From NCBI GenBank assembly GCA_035290625.1, contig DATDTY010000033.1:20482-84481 (forward strand): a stretch of 64,000 nucleotides of DNA. Direction: 5' to 3'. This stretch comes from Candidatus Nanoarchaeia archaeon (GTDB lineage Archaea; Nanobdellota; Nanobdellia; Woesearchaeales; DATDTY01). This document shows, in pieces, positions 62,915-64,000 of this stretch. The stretch's first letter is position 1; each line of letters starts with the position of its first letter. The notes beneath the pieces were generated by a model. That model worked only from the letters and a program-made list of their open reading frames with translations, made no database searches and had not been told where the DNA came from. Both the position numbers and the translations under genes were made by a program.

Positions 62915-64000
62915 ATGCTGCCAAAGCCTTCAAAACATCCTCTGTTCAACTGCGGGAAGCTGGACTGCCCTGTGTGCATGAAGGCGTATTCTGTCATACA
63001 ACTGAAGAAGCGGTTCAGCAAAGAGCATTATTCCACGCAAGGGGTTGCGCCTTTCATCGGAAGGTTTGGGTATCCGGCTGTGCAGGCAGGCGTGTTTGCG
63101 CCTCCTGAGAGTTTTGATGAAAGCTGGAAGCTGGATGCTCCGAGGCAGTGGGCTGCTGACAGCCTGGCTTTAGGGAAGATTGTTGAGTATCGAAGCTCTC
63201 TTATGAATTCCAGGAGCGCTGTCCACGTCAGGGAGACGGGCGCCCGAGCAAGGTCTATCATGGATCTGCAGGAGATCTCTATGGCCAGCAAGCCTGTTGA
63301 TGTGGAGATCGAGCTGAAGAAGAGGCCTTTCTTTCGAATCAATACTGATTCGTATATCGCCCCTTCAGGTCCAGTGGCGCAGCTGAAGGAGATGGATATA
63401 ACTTCCAACCCTAAGATTCCGGTTCATATTGAGAAGGTATACAACGATATTGACCTGAAGGCTGCTGATGCTTTAGGGTATCTGCAAAAGCACGGCTATG
63501 ATGAGACTTACCTTATGAGGGTGTTTTCTACTGGAGTTATGGGCATGAAGAAGGATAGGAAGATGGTGCCTACCCGATGGTCTATTACAGCAACAGACAG
63601 CACTCTTGGCAATCATATTGTCAAGCAGATCAAGGATTGTCCTGTTGGGGGCTACCAGGCGTATTTTGGGGGGTATCTGGGGAATTATTTCTTGGTGTTG
63701 GTGTTTCCTGATGTGTGGCAGTATGAGCTGTTTGAGATGCTTGCGGGGTCTTCTCACTATACTACTGACTTTGAGCCTTATGATGGAAGGAAGAGCTATG
63801 TTGAGGAAACTGCTGGCGGATTCTATGCTTCGCGTTTGGCTGTGCTGGAGAAGCTGAAGGATATGAAGAGGCAGGGAAGCTGCCTTGTTTTAAGATTTAT
63901 CACAGGAGACTACCTTGTCCCTTTAGGGGTATGGGTTGTGAGGGAGGCGGTCCGGAAGACGATGATGGGGGGGCCGCTCACGTTTTCAAGCAAGGAGCTT
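62915..64000 (+). CDS. Conserved hypothetical protein, 3'-truncated by the window edge (over 361 aa). N-terminal CGKLDCPVC cysteine cluster.
   Basis: Uninterrupted reading frame from ATG 62915 to the window end (not listed in the ORF track because no stop is reached). The antisense ORFs 63028..63408 and 63473..63757 lie inside it. Confidence 0.5.
   Translation, partial: MLPKPSKHPLFNCGKLDCPVCMKAYSVIQLKKRFSKEHYSTQGVAPFIGRFGYPAVQAGVFAPPESFDESWKLDAPRQWAADSLALGKIVEYRSSLMNSRSAVHVRETGARARSIMDLQEISMASKPVDVEIELKKRPFFRINTDSYIAPSGPVAQLKEMDITSNPKIPVHIEKVYNDIDLKAADALGYLQKHGYDETYLMRVFSTGVMGMKKDRKMVPTRWSITATDSTLGNHIVKQIKDCPVGGYQAYFGGYLGNYFLVLVFPDVWQYELFEMLAGSSHYTTDFEPYDGRKSYVEETAGGFYASRLAVLEKLKDMKRQGSCLVLRFITGDYLVPLGVWVVREAVRKTMMGGPLTFSSKEL

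Overview
Archaeal chromosomal segment of about 47-50% GC with several low-GC islands. It encodes core information-processing and biosynthesis genes on both strands. Replication and RNA genes: PCNA, RNase J, gyrA, scpB, fibrillarin and Nop5. Ribosomal protein / RNA polymerase cluster: rpoN, S9, L13, L18e, rpoD, S11, S4, S13. Translation and secretion: cysS, valS, secDF, Sec61beta, NAC. Biosynthesis: purF, carAB, pyrG, pyrH and a sufBDSUC-sufT iron-sulfur assembly operon. RNA genes: tRNA-Gly(CCC), tRNA-His(GUG), a class II tRNA-Leu(AAG), and a 164-nt intron-containing class II tRNA whose anticodon I could not resolve. Non-core content stands out in five ways. (1) A family of about 140-bp elements with 16-bp perfect terminal inverted repeats and 7-8 bp target-site duplications (4 canonical copies plus one diverged copy), with compensatory changes between arms. 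(2) Two further interspersed palindromic repeat families. (3) Copies of a tRNA acceptor/T-stem 'minihelix' placed between each tRNA-Leu gene and the protein gene downstream of it. (4) A low-GC island carrying a Type IIG restriction-modification fusion gene, two paralogous Bro-N/DinD-like genes, zinc-ribbon ORFs and a relic 3' fragment of a second RM gene. (5) An approximately 700-bp non-coding region rich in palindromes. Several ORF-track entries are artefacts: they overlap repeats, lie antisense to real genes, or miss real small genes such as Sec61beta, RpoN and a 55-aa zinc ribbon. All calls come from reading the sequence and motif-level family knowledge; no database search was run.
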